The notes beneath the pieces were generated by a model. It had not been told where the DNA came from, made no database searches, and was given only the letters and a program-made list of their open reading frames with translations. A stretch of 59,269 nucleotides of DNA, the filler included. It is 4 parts of 4 records of this genome, joined end to end, with 100 filler letters (N's around TTAATTAATTAA, not from the genome) between each part and the next. Parts side by side here need not be neighbours in the genome. Positions count along the whole stretch, not along the records: positions 50,713 to 59,269 come from DRR723986_603; 3 more parts are not named here. One strand, 5' to 3'. Shown here one piece after another: positions 50,613 through 59,269 of this stretch (position 1 is its first letter; each line of letters starts with the position of its first letter). Both the position numbers and the translations under genes were made by a program.

Positions 50613-50712
50613 NNNNNNNNNNNNNNNNNNNNNNNNNNNNNNNNNNNNNNNNNNNNTTAATTAATTAANNNNNNNNNNNNNNNNNNNNNNNNNNNNNNNN
50701 NNNNNNNNNNNN
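50613..50712. other. Artificial contig spacer
   Basis: 44 N + TTAATTAATTAA + 44 N. Confidence 0.98.
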
Positions 50713-50735
50713 GGTCGAGCCCTAAGGGCTCGACC
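50713..50735. repeat. REP-like palindrome at the contig edge
   Basis: GGTCGAGCCC-taa-GGGCTCGACC, a perfect 10-bp inverted repeat. Confidence 0.7.
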
Positions 50736-51016
50736 CGGGTGTTAAATTTTTGAGATTCGGGAGTTTGTGCGTACATCCCGAAATTTGACGCGCTTAGTCA
50801 GCTTCTCTCGCCGTTGAGTCTAATTGCCTTGCATTTCTCGAAAATCGGCGATGTGGGGCTGGTGGCTGATTTGTTACGCGAAAATTGGGCTTGGAGGCCG
50901 GCAGATGTGACGCAAGATTCTGCCGCTCAGGCGGAAGCATTTGAGACTTAAGTGATACAGCTGTTTTTTTCTAAGACGCGACACAAGACCAAAAGACTCA
51001 AGACACCTAACCCGAC

Positions 51017-51050
51017 TCTCAACGGCAAGTCTCAACCGCAAGTCTCAACG
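51017..51050 (+). repeat. 13-bp tandem repeat TCTCAAC(G/C)GCAAG x2.6
   Basis: TCTCAACGGCAAG TCTCAACCGCAAG TCTCAACG. Confidence 0.8.
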
Positions 51051-51398
51051 ACTGAGCGGCACAAGTCTTTTGACTCATAGACTGCAAGCCTGAGGCTCAA
51101 TAACTAACATGAAAAAGAAGCCAGCCGCAGGAATTTGCGAACCGCCAGGTGAGACGGCGCAGCGCTCTAATAGCTAGCCGTGAGTGCAACGATGCGGCGC
51201 GGCGCAGGTTTTGCTGAAAAATTCCAGCCCACAGATTGACCCAAAGCAACTGAGATAGATTTGAGATGATTAGATATTTATCTAAATATGCAACTATTAA
51301 GAGCTTCGTTCGTTCGAGAGGAGCATATGAGCAGAGCATGCAGCACGGTGGTGGTGCAGCCCGCAGACAATCCGTTCACAATTTTGCAGTGAGAGAAC

Positions 51399-52376
51399 AT
51401 GAAAGTGCGATATGTAGTAGCAGTGGCAATGATTTTGGCATGTAGTGTGGCAGTCCAGGCAGCCGAGCAGGAGGAACTCGCATTCGAAAATGATGGCCTC
51501 AAAATCTCCGGAACACTTAACATGCCCGAAGGTGATGGTCCCTTTGCCGTAGCCGTGTTAATTCATGGATCCGGACCGAACGACAGGCATCAGTCCGTCA
51601 TATTAAACGATCCAAACGCCAAGTGTTTGTATCCCGAACTGTTTGGTGACACAATTGCGATTTTTGATGACATTGCAACAGCCTTAACAGATGCAGGCAT
51701 GGCAGTCTATCAATACGAAAAACGCAGCCGCGAACATGCGATGTCACTGGACCAAAACACCGTTACGCCACACGATTTTGTTAACGATGCTGTTGCCGCC
51801 GGAAAAATGTTAAGTGCGCGTAAAGACATCGACCCTAATAAAGTCGTATTTATTGGACACAGCCAGGGTGCTAATTTTGTGCACCTGGCAGCTGAGAAAC
51901 TGGGCAGTGCCCCTGCTGTAATCATGCTCGCCGGACCGGCCGAACCCATCGACAAAGTTATTATACAGCAGATTGATAAAATCATGCGCAAATGTGTTAA
52001 CGACGAACAGGCCGTTTCGACTACCGAACAAATGACGGAAGCCTTTGCCAAATTACGCAGTGGTGAATTCCCTGCAAGTTCGCCGCTAATGGGTGCGTAT
52101 CCAACATTTTGGAACGACTGGATTGAGCTTACAGAAAATGCGCTAAAGACCGTTGAAGCCAGTACCCTCCCGACATTAATAGCGGGAGGCCTGGATGACC
52201 TGAACGTGCCGGCACATAATCTGGAGATGTTCAAAAAGGTTAATAATGACAAACTTACGGTGAAGAGTTACGCTGGACTGAACCACATGTTAACAGAGAA
52301 AGACAACAATCGCGTGGATGCCCAACTGCTGGCGGATATGGTGCGTTGGCTGCAGTCTGTAGATGTGATTAACTGA
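51399..52376 (+). CDS. Secreted alpha/beta hydrolase
   Basis: Signal peptide, IHGSGPNDR, GHSQG nucleophile, DDLNV Asp, GLNHML His. Confidence 0.88.
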   Translation: MKVRYVVAVAMILACSVAVQAAEQEELAFENDGLKISGTLNMPEGDGPFAVAVLIHGSGPNDRHQSVILNDPNAKCLYPELFGDTIAIFDDIATALTDAGMAVYQYEKRSREHAMSLDQNTVTPHDFVNDAVAAGKMLSARKDIDPNKVVFIGHSQGANFVHLAAEKLGSAPAVIMLAGPAEPIDKVIIQQIDKIMRKCVNDEQAVSTTEQMTEAFAKLRSGEFPASSPLMGAYPTFWNDWIELTENALKTVEASTLPTLIAGGLDDLNVPAHNLEMFKKVNNDKLTVKSYAGLNHMLTEKDNNRVDAQLLADMVRWLQSVDVIN

Positions 52377-52546
52377 AAATATTGAACGCTACAGGAATCG
52401 GCAGCTGCCACACAATAGGCTTGCACATCCTCCGTTGATACATACCCGTCGGCGCTGACTCACTCAGTAAACCACGTCCAACACAATAATACACTGGCAC
52501 CGGCGGGAACGACAGATGTACACCTTAGCAAACTGAAGGGCATGAA

Positions 52547-53701
52547 ATGAACAGCATCGCACAGGAAGATTTTAAGCAGATAGTCCATTCGCGACACGCG
52601 CACGCGGTTTCATTCTATATTCCGACACATCGCTCCGGTGCGGAAACGCGCCAGGCGCGCATACACCTCAAAAACCAATTGGCACAGGCGGAAGCGGAGC
52701 TGCGTGAACGCGGCCTGGGAGCTGATGAAACGCGCCGTTTTCTACTTCCCGTAGCGGAGCTTGAAGATAACTCACGCTTCTGGAGTTTCCAGAGCGACGG
52801 CCTTGCACTGTTTCTAGCGGACGGCTTGTTTAAATCATTCCAGCTTCCCAAACATTTTAACGCCAGCGTACATGTGGCTGAACGCTTTTACCTGCGCCCG
52901 GTTCTACCATTTATCGGCGCACAGAATAACTACCTGGTTCTGGCGCTGAGCAAAAATGCCGCGCGGCTGCTGGAATGTTCACAATTTGGCTCCAGCCGGG
53001 TAGAACTGGAAGACCTGCCACAGGGAATTGAGGGTGCAATCGGCGAACTGGAACGCGAAAAACAATTGCAGTTTCACACCTCTGCGCCATCTTCCGGCCA
53101 GGGTGGGCGCGCGGCCGTTTTCCATGGACATGGCGGCGGTGACAATGACGAAGACGTCAGACTGGAGCAGTATCTGCGTGCGGTTGACAAGGCCGTGCAA
53201 CAGCATGTCGCTGGGCAGGACCTTCCGCTTGTGCTTGCCTGCGTAAAAGAACATGCGGCAATGTTCCGCGGAATAAGCACAAGCCGGCATATCGTGGAAG
53301 AAGTAATTACGGGTAATCCCGACAGGCGCCTTGACGAAGACCTACGCGCAGAATCCTGGTCCTTTGTGCAAGCATTATTTAAACAAGAGCAGCACTCTGC
53401 AATCGACCGGTTTAACCAAGTGCACGGGACGGGACTGGGCTCGCAGGATCTACGTGAGATAATCAGCTCGGCGCGTGGCGGAAAAGTTGAACGCCTATTG
53501 TTTTCTTCGGCAGCACAACACTGGGGTACAATTCCGGCCGAAAATGAAAGCGTGGAGTTGCACACTGAACGTAGTGACGACAGCCTGGACCTGGTGGAAG
53601 AAGCCGCGCTTTACACTATAGAAACCGGTGGATCCGTGTATGTAGTAGGAGACGGCGAGTTAGAAACAGAAACGGGCTTAGCAGCTCTGTATCGTTACTA
53701 A
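52547..53701 (+). CDS. Bacterial archaeo-eukaryotic release factor homolog (baeRF family 3/7-like)
   Basis: VSFYIPTHRSG, IHLKNQL, QSDGLALF, FYLRP, VLALS, FHGHG, YLRAVD, PLVLA, GNPD, GGSVY, AALYRY. Confidence 0.8.
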   Translation: MNSIAQEDFKQIVHSRHAHAVSFYIPTHRSGAETRQARIHLKNQLAQAEAELRERGLGADETRRFLLPVAELEDNSRFWSFQSDGLALFLADGLFKSFQLPKHFNASVHVAERFYLRPVLPFIGAQNNYLVLALSKNAARLLECSQFGSSRVELEDLPQGIEGAIGELEREKQLQFHTSAPSSGQGGRAAVFHGHGGGDNDEDVRLEQYLRAVDKAVQQHVAGQDLPLVLACVKEHAAMFRGISTSRHIVEEVITGNPDRRLDEDLRAESWSFVQALFKQEQHSAIDRFNQVHGTGLGSQDLREIISSARGGKVERLLFSSAAQHWGTIPAENESVELHTERSDDSLDLVEEAALYTIETGGSVYVVGDGELETETGLAALYRY

Positions 53702-53881
53702 CAGTCTGTTCCGGGCAGTATGAGTTAAACACGTGCTCGTTAACAAAAACACTCAATCTAGAAAAATACAAAGCCAATCCATTGCCCTTCCGGGCAAACG
53801 CCTCTTTTCGAACGACCTTCGGAATGAGGCGTTTTTATTTAACAGCCAATTACATGTTAAGTATTGCCCAGCAGTCCAAAG

Positions 53882-54808
53882 TCATCTGCGGTCTAGTTTT
53901 GATGTGACACTAACTTCATAGAGGTCTGTACGACGGTCTTTCTGGTTCTGAACACTACCCTTATTACGCAAGAGTTCCAGCAAGCTAAGATTGACGTCGG
54001 CAACCAAAAGCGTGGGACTGTTTTCGGTAGCCTGAGCTATGATTGCGCTATCGGGAAAGTGAAAGTCGGCCGGCGAAAAAACAGCGCTCTGCGCAAACTG
54101 AACGTCCATACCGGGTACGCCGCGCAGTATGCCAACACTTCCGGCAATTGCCACAAAACATTCATTCTCAATTGCACGTGCCTGAGCACAGCGGCGCACG
54201 CGCAGATATCCGCTACGCGCATCGGTTGAAAACGGCACCAGCAAAATTTGCACGCCCTCTGCCGCCAGGATGCGCCCCAGCTCCGGAAACTCAACATCAT
54301 AACAGATCAGGACAGCAATGCGACCGAAGGGACTATTAATCATTCGCAGCGCAGCGCCGCCGGACATCCCCCAGTGTTTTTGCTCATGCGGTGTTACGTG
54401 CAGCTTGGGCTGTGCATGCATGCTGCCGTCGGGCAGAATAATCGGTGCGACATTTTGCAGTTCAGTGTCTACAAGCTCGGGCAGGCTGCCACCGACGATC
54501 AGCATCTGATGTTTTTGGGCGGCGCGGCTCAAATGTTTGTGGATTGCCTTGCTGTGTTGCGCTAACTGACGCACCGCGGCGTGCATGTCTGCTGGATGGT
54601 GCGTGGACATCAGGCCGGCATTGAACAGCTCGGGGAATAAAAGGATATTGACTCCGAAGCCGGCCGCGGATTCGAGCTGGAAGTCGAGTTCCTTTAACAA
54701 GGCATTCAGTGAATCGAGCGGGCGCATGTCCCACTGGACTGTGCCCAGGCGCAGCATAGAGTTGTGCGCTTGCGTTCCACCGGCAACTACGGGCTGTTTT
54801 TTGTTCAT
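53882..54808 (-). CDS. Carbon-nitrogen hydrolase (nitrilase superfamily)
   Basis: Catalytic triad FPELF / QPKLHVTP / ICYDVEFPE; RVRRCAQARAIENE. Confidence 0.9.
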   Translation of the reverse strand: MNKKQPVVAGGTQAHNSMLRLGTVQWDMRPLDSLNALLKELDFQLESAAGFGVNILLFPELFNAGLMSTHHPADMHAAVRQLAQHSKAIHKHLSRAAQKHQMLIVGGSLPELVDTELQNVAPIILPDGSMHAQPKLHVTPHEQKHWGMSGGAALRMINSPFGRIAVLICYDVEFPELGRILAAEGVQILLVPFSTDARSGYLRVRRCAQARAIENECFVAIAGSVGILRGVPGMDVQFAQSAVFSPADFHFPDSAIIAQATENSPTLLVADVNLSLLELLRNKGSVQNQKDRRTDLYEVSVTSKLDRR

Positions 54809-54927
54809 TGAGTCTGCCTGTATCTTGGATCCTTTTTGCTTCACAATCAACAATAACGCGCCAAGTGCGTTGCTGAATCGTCGTTCTCAAACAAGCTGCA
54901 ATTTATCCTGCGACGAATAAACGGCAT

Positions 54928-54984
54928 AAAAAAAGCGGTGCCAGGTGCAGATCATACATAGATCTGTTGTACCTGGACACCGCT
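54928..54984 (-). terminator. Long hairpin with U-tract after a lipoprotein gene
   Basis: AGCGGTG-CCAGGT-GCAGATC...GATCTGT..ACCTGG-a-CACCGCT, preceded by an A-run on the + strand. Confidence 0.7.
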
Positions 54985-55027
54985 GTATTATTCCCAAAAT
55001 ATCCGAATAACTCCGTATCTGACGGTA

Positions 55028-55513
55028 CTAGAAGTTTAGATCAAAACTTCCATTGGTGACAATTCTAATTGAGCCATCCTGCTGATTTTCGCCAGTGAAG
55101 TTAAAAGTACCCTTGACGTTGTTTGCGGAGGACTCAGTAATCGTGAGTGTGCCTATAGTAGCCCCCCAGACTTCACCCGAGGTGAGTTCGGCGTCAGCAT
55201 ATGATCCAGTGACTTGCATGGCAGCTGGATTCATACTGTACTCGCCGACTTCCGTAGAGAACAATATAAGGCTAATGGCGCGTGTACGGCCTGCATCCAC
55301 ATTGAGGTCATTTGCAGCAACGACAATTCCACCGACTCCATTTGGATTCGCAACTGTCGTTTCAAAGGTATACTCTACGTTGTTTACCGTTGCGGTAAGC
55401 GTCGAATTAGTGGTTCCGCCGCCACCATCGTCGTCGTCGTCATCACAACCAGGAGCAAAACCCAAAACAAGGACACTCAAAAGCAGAACCTGAAATTGTT
55501 TGAAACGCTGCAT
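55028..55513 (-). CDS. Lipoprotein, beta-rich (DUF6252-like), paralog A
   Basis: Lipobox Cys followed by DDDDDD; LTATVN, GTLTITE, VKGTFNF, NGSFD. Confidence 0.78.
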   Translation of the reverse strand: MQRFKQFQVLLLSVLVLGFAPGCDDDDDDGGGGTTNSTLTATVNNVEYTFETTVANPNGVGGIVVAANDLNVDAGRTRAISLILFSTEVGEYSMNPAAMQVTGSYADAELTSGEVWGATIGTLTITESSANNVKGTFNFTGENQQDGSIRIVTNGSFDLNF

Positions 55514-55718
55514 GCGTCATACCTCAACTATGTAAAAAGGGATAGTATGGTGTTTGCCCCGCAGAGGTCAACAAGAACCAAAAACTGCAAGGCCAAAAGC
55601 CCCACGGAGATTAGATGTACTCCACGGAGGCTACAAATATATGCGCCAGATTCGAGCCCGCAAATGAGATCGATTGCGCAACAGAATATAACGATCCTGA
55701 ACTTCAGTATCTCAAAAC

Positions 55719-56219
55719 TTAATACGTGAAGTCAAAAGAGCCATTGAGGATTTCCACTGTCAATGGATCTTCGCCGCTCTCTGCGCTGAAATTGAAGGTC
55801 CCTTTGATGACCGCCGCATTAAACTCGGTTACAATCACTGTGCCGCTGACGGCTTCCCAAAGAATCGGCGTGCCACTCAATTCACGGAAGGAATATGTTG
55901 CCGTCTGCAAGTTGTTTTCTTTGCCAAAAGTAAACTCACCGACCGCCGGATTGACCAATGAAATTTCGATCTCACGGACTGTGCCCGCATTTGGATTAAG
56001 GGCTATACCGGAAACCAACATCACATTGGCAATATTGGAAGAGAAGTCAGTCTCAAAAGCAAAAGTTGTTCCATTCACATTCGCCGTCATTCCAATGTTG
56101 GAATCATCAGGATTATTACCCGTGTTGCCGCTGGAATCATCATCATCACTACAGCTGCTAAGAAATCCGACTGACATTACGCTGAGAGATAGAACTACAA
56201 GCAGTGAATTTCGCCACAT
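55719..56219 (-). CDS. Lipoprotein, beta-rich (DUF6252-like), paralog B
   Basis: LSSC lipobox followed by SDDDD; MTANVNG, GTVIVTE, IKGTFNF, NGSFD. Confidence 0.78.
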   Translation of the reverse strand: MWRNSLLVVLSLSVMSVGFLSSCSDDDDSSGNTGNNPDDSNIGMTANVNGTTFAFETDFSSNIANVMLVSGIALNPNAGTVREIEISLVNPAVGEFTFGKENNLQTATYSFRELSGTPILWEAVSGTVIVTEFNAAVIKGTFNFSAESGEDPLTVEILNGSFDFTY

Positions 56220-56557
56220 AAAAAATGCACCTTATGATGGATGTACAAAGCTATACGAGCAGTCTCTAACAGACCTGATTATTCTGGGTGTATCAAAGAT
56301 AGCTTGGGGGGGGGCGTCATTGACCTGCGGGTGGCTTCAGCCACAAAAGACCTACAAATATAGGAGTGTCGCTTCGGAATACAAGTACGCTTAGAAAACA
56401 GCGGCCGCAAAATCAACGGCCTCCCAATAGTCCTAAATCCCGAACAGCACTACTCCCCGGCAGGTGAGTACCAGAGAGCAGCGCATAGTTCAGTCATACA
56501 ATTGTCGTATCTGGATTCATAACTCTACTGCGAATTCTGGGATTTCTGACTTTTCCA

Positions 56558-58957
56558 TCAGATGCGCCCCATCGAACGCGCAGGGTCTGTCAGCGCAGCG
56601 CTGATAGTTTTATAACTCACAGCCAGGTTCGCTATCAGCAGAGCGGCCAGAGTTGCCAGAACAAATACTTGCCAGCCGACCGCTACATGATACTCAAAAC
56701 TGTTAAGCCAGCTACTCATAGCGTACCAGGCCAGTGGCGTAGCCAGTAAGGCCGCAATAAATACAAGACGGCTAAATTCACCCGAGAGTAGTTTTACTAC
56801 GTCCATAACTCCCGCGCCCAGAACCTTGCGGATCCCAATTTCCTTTGTGCGCTGTTCCACGGTAAAGGATGCCAGACCGAACAGTCCCAGGCAGGCCACT
56901 AAAATCGCAAAACCCGCAAAATAGAGGATCACGTCTGCCAGGCGGCGCTCACTCTGATACATCTGCTCAATATTACTGTCTAGGAAATTATAGCTGTATG
57001 GTTCGTTTGGTGTAAAATCGCGCCACTCTTCTTCAATCGCGGCCAGCGCCGTCGGCAGCTGATCACCATCAACTTTAACAGCAATTGTTCTGACGGCAGG
57101 AAACACAAACATAATCAGTGCTTCCACCGGCTGATGCAAGGAGGCGTAGTTAAAGTCCGGCACAACGCCGATGACTTCACCTTCCTGTGAGAAATTATCA
57201 CCCAGCCACATGTTAACTTTTTTGCCGATTGGATCGTCCTGCCATCCCAGTTGGCGCACTGCGGTTTCGTTTAACACGAATGCACGCAAAGTATCGGAGG
57301 GATGGTCATAGGAAAACGTGCGGCCGCGAATCGCCGAAATATTCATGGTCTCAAAGAAGTCCATGTCGGCACCCAGCCCGGCAAGAGCCATCGGCTCGTC
57401 ATTATAACCTTCCAGGAAGAACTGACGAATCTGAATTCCCGTCCCCACCACTTCCGTCATCGTTGTAACATTGAGGATTGAAGCATGTTTAACCAGTTCA
57501 TTCTTAAACACGTGGCGCTGCCCCATTACCGGCGGGGCGGGATTTAACAGAACAATATGATCTTTGTTAAATCCCAAATTTTTGTTGGCAATAAAATCCA
57601 ACTGGCGTACTACAACCGTCGCGGCTATCAGCAGAACAATCGAAGCTGTAAACTGCGCAACAACCAACACCTTACGCAGTATTCCGCCGCGTGTACCAGT
57701 CCCACGTTCCCCTTTTAACACAACGACCGGCTGAAATGCCGAGAGATATAGAGCCGGGTAGCTGCCGGCACCAATTCCCACCAGCAAGCCCAGTACAATT
57801 AAACCCGGCACGGCCCACCAGTGATTGTGCCACAGCGGCACCAGCTCTTTCCCCGTAAAGGTGTTAAATGCCGGCAACAGCAATTCGCAGAGCGCCGCAC
57901 CCAAAAGCACGGCAATTAGAGACACAAGAATGGACTCACCTAAAAACTGATGCACCAGATGCTCACGCTGCGCTCCCACAACCTTGCGGATTGCAACTTC
58001 ACGTGCCCGGCCGGCCGAACGCGCCGTCGCCAGATTCATAAAGTTAATACAGGCAATCATTAATATGAACAGTGCAACAATCGAAAAGATGTACACATAG
58101 TTTATATCGCTGTTAGGCTGTATCTCCAGGTCGCGCTGTGAGTTTAAGTGAATATCAAGCAGTGGCTGCAGAGACATGCTAATGCCCGCGCCAATATTTT
58201 CGGGGAAATGCGTTTTAACAAAATCAGGAAAGCCGCTCTCTATCGTTGCAGGGTCTAGCTCCGGCGGCAGGACAATGTAGGTCCAGGCGGGGTTCCACCA
58301 CCACTGATTCTCCAGGGTTTGAGGTCCCAGGAACAATGGCAGGGTCGAAAAGGAACAAAAACCTTCAAAGCTAAAATGTGAATTCTGCGGTGGATCTTCC
58401 AGTACGGCCGTAACCGTAACCGGAAGCGGCTGCCCTGATGGATTAAAGTCGACGATTTCACCAACAACATCCACGCGGTCAAAATACCGCAGCGCCGTTG
58501 TACGCGTCATTACCAAGGAGAATGGATTGTTAAGTGCCGCCGTCAGGTCACCCGAAAGCACCTGAAAATCAAACACATCAAATACTGTGGAATCGGCAAA
58601 AAAGAAATTGCTCTCGCGGAAAGACTTTTCACCGACCTTGGATGTCAAATCTCCAATCGGTTTTGATAGGCGCGTCATCGCCTCAATCTGTGGAAAATCC
58701 AGCAGCAGTTGCGGCCCCACTGGAAACGGCATACTCGCCGAATTCTCCGTCACACCATTCAAATTAATGTCTTCCAGCACCCTATAGATGCGGTCGGACT
58801 TGCTATGAAAGGCGTCGTAGGAAAGTTCATCCTGCACGTAAAAAACAATTAACAAACAGCTGGCCAGGCCAATTGCCAGTCCCAAGATGTTAATAGCAGA
58901 ATAGAGCTTGTGTTTAACCAGATTGCGCAGCGCAATCATGAGGTAGTTCTTCAGCAT
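56558..58957 (-). CDS. MacB/FtsX-type ABC transporter permease (duplicated domains)
   Basis: MLKNYL.IALRNL...INILGLAIG, IACINFMNLATARS, QFLGES, ACLGLFGL, RTKEIGIRKVLGA. Confidence 0.92.
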   Translation of the reverse strand: MLKNYLMIALRNLVKHKLYSAINILGLAIGLASCLLIVFYVQDELSYDAFHSKSDRIYRVLEDINLNGVTENSASMPFPVGPQLLLDFPQIEAMTRLSKPIGDLTSKVGEKSFRESNFFFADSTVFDVFDFQVLSGDLTAALNNPFSLVMTRTTALRYFDRVDVVGEIVDFNPSGQPLPVTVTAVLEDPPQNSHFSFEGFCSFSTLPLFLGPQTLENQWWWNPAWTYIVLPPELDPATIESGFPDFVKTHFPENIGAGISMSLQPLLDIHLNSQRDLEIQPNSDINYVYIFSIVALFILMIACINFMNLATARSAGRAREVAIRKVVGAQREHLVHQFLGESILVSLIAVLLGAALCELLLPAFNTFTGKELVPLWHNHWWAVPGLIVLGLLVGIGAGSYPALYLSAFQPVVVLKGERGTGTRGGILRKVLVVAQFTASIVLLIAATVVVRQLDFIANKNLGFNKDHIVLLNPAPPVMGQRHVFKNELVKHASILNVTTMTEVVGTGIQIRQFFLEGYNDEPMALAGLGADMDFFETMNISAIRGRTFSYDHPSDTLRAFVLNETAVRQLGWQDDPIGKKVNMWLGDNFSQEGEVIGVVPDFNYASLHQPVEALIMFVFPAVRTIAVKVDGDQLPTALAAIEEEWRDFTPNEPYSYNFLDSNIEQMYQSERRLADVILYFAGFAILVACLGLFGLASFTVEQRTKEIGIRKVLGAGVMDVVKLLSGEFSRLVFIAALLATPLAWYAMSSWLNSFEYHVAVGWQVFVLATLAALLIANLAVSYKTISAALTDPARSMGRI

Positions 58958-59269
58958 GACGGTCCCGATTCGATGTGGTTAATCGTGCAAATACCTGCGG
59001 CACACCAAATTCAGGCGGCCGAAAGTAGATTGCATGGCGGAAAGCTGTGAGCGGAAACCGTCTCCCCGCAAAAACCTGCGCTAACGTAAACCCTCAAACT
59101 TAGTTGCACTCTTCTTGTGCCGGCTCGCATTTTTTTTGGTATTGCTGCGTACGCAAGGACTCAGGCATTCACCTCCGGACCGTATTTCCAGTCGCCCTAC
59201 TACCGACAAACCCAGCAAATCCTTCGCTGCCAGGCAGCTCTTTAAATCCGCTTTTGTTTTGCACTGTAC

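Noticed and set aside
50970..51100. Possible CRISPR array (39597-39633 also considered)
   Set aside because: The repeats are 5-13 bp and contiguous, with no unique spacers and no cas genes.
70..59269. Numerous antisense and frame-shifted ORFs in the track (e.g. 32481-33338, 48189-48953, 20826-21797), and long N-terminal extensions of surA, trpE, coq7, MarR and DUF815
   Set aside because: These are shadow ORFs of real genes in GC-rich DNA. The extensions overlap neighbouring genes and lie upstream of better-supported starts.

Overview
The window is not one continuous locus. It joins four unrelated contigs with 100-nt artificial spacers (44 N + TTAATTAATTAA + 44 N). Contig 1 (1-30734) is gammaproteobacterial housekeeping DNA with Pseudomonas/Cellvibrionales-like synteny: rpoD'-dnaG-yqeY-rpsU, tsaD-folB, cca, lptD-surA-pdxA-rsmA-apaG-apaH, amgK-murU-rpe-gph, trpGDC, crp, coq7, a RetS-like sensor and purD-purH'. 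At the usual trpE position it carries an opposite-strand block: trpR-trpE-trpG with a TrpR operator on an apparently leaderless promoter, a Pho-box-controlled PhoX-like gene, and DUF488. Contig 2 (30835-38319) is Rhodobacteraceae-like (radA'-cvpA-purF...tatC'). Its purF is of the E. coli type and sits behind what looks like the 5' stub of the displaced native purF plus a structured leader. Contig 3 (38420-50612) is FCB-group-like: three tandem tail-collar proteins with no phage context, a PLP enzyme/unknown protein/SSS transporter operon, a T9SS-type secreted protein and an EF-G2. Contig 4 (50713-59269) has a REP-like palindrome, a hydrolase, a baeRF/Balon-like release-factor homolog, a nitrilase-family enzyme, two paralogous lipoproteins and an ABC permease. 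No CRISPR array, rRNA, tRNA or intact mobile element was seen. Family and taxon calls come from recognising motifs and synteny, not from database searches.
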